Origin: Patescibacteria group bacterium
Lineage (GTDB): Bacteria; Patescibacteriota; Minisyncoccia; Phycocordibacterales; JBBUBG01
Direction of reading: 5' to 3'
Assembly: GCA_040384765.1 (NCBI GenBank)
Contig: JAZKIQ010000010.1
Coordinates: forward strand, 43,208-80,416
Length of the DNA stretch: 37,209 nucleotides
Every line of letters starts with the position of its first letter. Positions within the stretch are counted from its first letter, which is position 1. The notes beneath the pieces were generated by a model. The model saw only the letters and a program-made list of their open reading frames with translations. It had not been told where the DNA came from and searched no databases. Below, piece by piece: positions 34,734-37,209 of this stretch. Both the position numbers and the translations under genes were made by a program.

Positions 34734-35815
34734 AGCAATGAGCGCAGAGCGAGTCCGAGCGTAGTTGTATAACGAAGCGATGTTGCGTACGGCATCTCAG
34801 GCACACTTCCTCCGAGAGGGATATTCACCCAAGGGTTGCCTGCAGTAACACCGAGACCGAGCCCGGAAGAAAGAAACTCTGCCAGACCTGGCATATTTGC
34901 CTGCCCTCCTGCGAGCAACACACGGGTTATCGGTGGCCGTGGTTTGCCATCAACGGCTGGGTGCGTGCGCCAGAACGTTACATGCCGTGAAAGCTCGTCC
35001 TTCAGCGCAGAGAGGACTGGCACCAGGCCTGCAAACAGGTCCTCGTCTTTTCGAGAACGAGAGACGCCTTTTGAGACTTTGATCTGTTCTGCCTCTTCTC
35101 GGGAAACGCTGAGCGCGCGTGAAATTGCCTGAGTGATAGCCTCGCCACCGAGGCTGACCGTAGAAGAGAAGAAGACGCCCCGGTTGTCACCGATTGCGAT
35201 ACCAGTACGTGTTTTTCCAAGGTCGACCAGCATTATTGTTTCCTGGGCCCCCTTTGGGATAAGTGAGCGAGCTACAGCATGTGCTTCGATCTCGAACGAG
35301 ACAGGCGAAAGATCTGCACCCGTACACACCTCAAGATAGTTGTTCACAATATTTTTCTGGAGTGCCGCGACCGCAAGCTCGTACGGATCTTTTTCAGAAA
35401 GAGGTACCTTGGTGATCTCGTAGTCAAACACCACGTCAGCCGGAGGCACCGGAATATGCTCCTCAAGATCAAGCTCAAGGCTCGACCGCAGATCGGCCTC
35501 CTTCATATTGGGAAGAGTCGCCTCAAAAAGATACGCCTGCTCTTCCGGGAGAGAGAGCGCAACATATTCAATCGAATGAAGCGCTGCGATCTTTTTTAAG
35601 ACCAAAGTAAGCTCAGGCACTTTTTCAATACGCCCACCCGACTGCACGATCCCTGGAGCAAGCGGCTCTTCACCATACGCGCCAAGCATGATAATCCCAT
35701 GAGACTCTTTGAGTTCGAGATATTTCACCGAAGCATCAGAGATGTCGATCGCCCACACCGGCACCTTAAGCGTACGCGGTATGGGAAATCTCCTAAGAAA
35801 AGAGAGCGCGGACAT
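34730..35815 (-). CDS. pilM: Type IV pilus assembly protein PilM
   Basis: Actin-like motifs IDIS..SVK, VDLG..RT, GG..IT, LAGG, NPW and GLALR. Confidence 0.92.
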   Translation of the reverse strand: MSALSFLRRFPIPRTLKVPVWAIDISDASVKYLELKESHGIIMLGAYGEEPLAPGIVQSGGRIEKVPELTLVLKKIAALHSIEYVALSLPEEQAYLFEATLPNMKEADLRSSLELDLEEHIPVPPADVVFDYEITKVPLSEKDPYELAVAALQKNIVNNYLEVCTGADLSPVSFEIEAHAVARSLIPKGAQETIMLVDLGKTRTGIAIGDNRGVFFSSTVSLGGEAITQAISRALSVSREEAEQIKVSKGVSRSRKDEDLFAGLVPVLSALKDELSRHVTFWRTHPAVDGKPRPPITRVLLAGGQANMPGLAEFLSSGLGLGVTAGNPWVNIPLGGSVPEMPYATSLRYTTTLGLALRSLL

Positions 35816-35861
35816 TGAAAATAGTATAGCAGATCACCCGAGCGGCCCGAGAGTCGCAACC

Positions 35862-36248
35862 CTACTTTTTCGCGTTTCTTCCCAGAAAACTTTTAAGGAT
35901 GAGCGCTGCGGCAGATGCATCGAGCAGACTCCCCGGGTCTTGGATACGCAGGGCCTCAGCCGAGGTAAGAAATTCGAGCTCGAAATGCACAGGGAGAGTC
36001 GTTTTTTCTGCGAGGGCAGCTGCAAACGCACGCGCTTTTTTCATAATCGGGTTTTCGATCCCCTTGTAGTCTCGAGACTCTCCCATGACAATTCCCCCAA
36101 CCTCCTCCTTGGTGCAAAGACGCGTGATGTGGTCTAACGCGTACTTATCATTTTTGACCACCTCTTTTGGGTACGAAAAATCCCCCTCTGCATCCGAGAG
36201 AGCAACTCCAATTCGCTTTGAGCCGTAGTCAATACCGAGGTAACGCAT
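35862..36248 (-). CDS. ruvX: YqgF/RuvX nuclease
   Basis: Motifs LGIDYGSKRIGVALSD and D..AAALIL. Confidence 0.92.
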   Translation of the reverse strand: MRYLGIDYGSKRIGVALSDAEGDFSYPKEVVKNDKYALDHITRLCTKEEVGGIVMGESRDYKGIENPIMKKARAFAAALAEKTTLPVHFELEFLTSAEALRIQDPGSLLDASAAALILKSFLGRNAKK

Positions 36249-36268
36249 ATTTCAAAACATCTTCTCTG

Positions 36269-36353
36269 CGGAGGAGGTGAGATTCGAACTCACGGTGCCT
36301 TGCGGCACGGCGCATTTCAAGTGCGCTGGAATAAACCACTATCCGACTCCTCC
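36269..36353 (-). tRNA. tRNA-Ser(TGA)
   Basis: Acceptor GGAGGAG/CTCCTCC, anticodon loop CTTGAAA, long variable arm, TTCGAAT and discriminator G. Confidence 0.93.
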
Positions 36354-36814
36354 GTATGTATACCGATGTAGTGCTCTTCGTAATGGCAGTTAGGACAGAT
36401 GATTTCTAAATTTGAAAAATCATTGTTCTTCCGATTACGGTCCTTGTGATGAACATGCAGCACCTCCTTCTTATTATACCCACAACGCTCACACTTCTCT
36501 CCCCTTTGGGCGAAAAGTCTCAATTTGATAGCCCGACTCTCTTCGGCCTTATCTCTTGGCCGACCCAGCTTGTACTTGATTCCTGCTCTGTTTGTATTGG
36601 AACAAGCGCGACTACATGTTTTCCTGTGGAGCGATGCCAGTATCGGCTTTCCGCAGACTACACAAGGACCCTCTTTTCTGCAAGAAATTCCAAAGCACGC
36701 GGTACTACAGAAAGCCCTTCCATTTGTTTGCTCTAGCTGAATAGGCCTCCTGTATGTGGGCTTTTTGCAGATAACACAAGAACTGTTTGGATGTCGCGGA
36801 TATAGCTCAGACAC
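36317..36814 (-). CDS. HNH endonuclease with N-terminal Cys-rich zinc-finger repeats
   Basis: Two CxxC...CSxxC units, CERCG and HVHHKD....NN...NL..ICPNCH..EH; GTG start 6 nt after TATACT. Confidence 0.85.
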   Translation of the reverse strand: MSELYPRHPNSSCVICKKPTYRRPIQLEQTNGRAFCSTACFGISCRKEGPCVVCGKPILASLHRKTCSRACSNTNRAGIKYKLGRPRDKAEESRAIKLRLFAQRGEKCERCGYNKKEVLHVHHKDRNRKNNDFSNLEIICPNCHYEEHYIGIHTEESDSGLFQRT

Positions 36815-36890
36815 TAATCCAGTATACCACCTCCTCTCTCACTCCCCAACTAAAAAGTTCTTTCTTCGGCTCACATGCTACACTTTAGCC

Positions 36891-37209
36891 ATGCATGACG
36901 TGTATCTCGAGTGGGACGTTCTCGAGCACCCAGACAAGGAAAAAAGCACCGACTGGCACTGGGCGCTCGGGCTTATTGCGCTCGCCCTTGCAGTTGCTTC
37001 CTTCATCTTCGACAACCCTCTTTTTGGTATTTTTATCGTCCTTGCAGGTCTCGCTCTTCTTTTCCATTCACATAAAGGCCCGCGCACGATCCGCTGCCAG
37101 ATAACAGCACGCGGGGTCAGATATCACGAGCGGCTCTACCCCTACTCTTCCCTCAAGTCGTTCTGTATTCACGAAGATCGTCATCCCCGCAAGCTGATAC
37201 TCACCTCTG
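36891..37209 (+). CDS. Partial hypothetical membrane protein (runs off the window end)
   Basis: Open frame MHDVYLEWDVLEHPDKEKSTDWHWALG... with two TMs and no stop; TGC-TACACT lies 6 nt upstream. Not in the ORF track. Confidence 0.75.
   Translation, partial: MHDVYLEWDVLEHPDKEKSTDWHWALGLIALALAVASFIFDNPLFGIFIVLAGLALLFHSHKGPRTIRCQITARGVRYHERLYPYSSLKSFCIHEDRHPRKLILTS

Noticed and set aside
36269-36814. Intron-split tRNA or selenocysteine/TGA recoding
   Set aside because: The tRNA is contiguous with a TGA (Ser) anticodon, not TCA, and TGA acts as a stop in other genes (e.g. pilM, pilN).

Overview
A 37 kb piece of a small bacterial chromosome using genetic code 11. It is most consistent with a Patescibacteria/CPR (Parcubacteria-like) genome: tRNAs lack an encoded CCA, secE-nusG-rplK has no rplA, pilMNO sits next to ruvX, and many genes look leaderless. 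Contents: (1) a nucleotide cluster (Zn deaminase divergent from thyA-like, dcd-like, folA, an FNR-type reductase and a HAD nucleotidase); (2) housekeeping genes and five tRNAs; (3) a ~12 kb polysaccharide/surface locus (GH6, GT-C, BcsA-like GT2, GH8, GT2-GtrA, DedA, GH113-like, class F sortase, LPNTG protein); (4) several structured intergenic repeats; (5) an HNH gene that runs into tRNA-Ser. Top candidate for a new system: the thymidylate synthase homolog has Asp at the dUMP-specifying Asn, as dCMP-modifying enzymes do, and the Dcd homolog has lost its deaminase Glu while keeping a dUTPase-type motif. Together with DHFR and the divergent deaminase, this suggests a uracil-free route dCTP -> dCMP -> 5-methyl-dCMP -> dTMP (inference, untested). 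Second candidate: a BcsB/PilZ-less cellulose-like synthase with a lipid-linked glycosylation module and two secreted hydrolases sharing an unrecognised Trp-rich domain. All family calls come from motif recognition by eye; no database searches were run.
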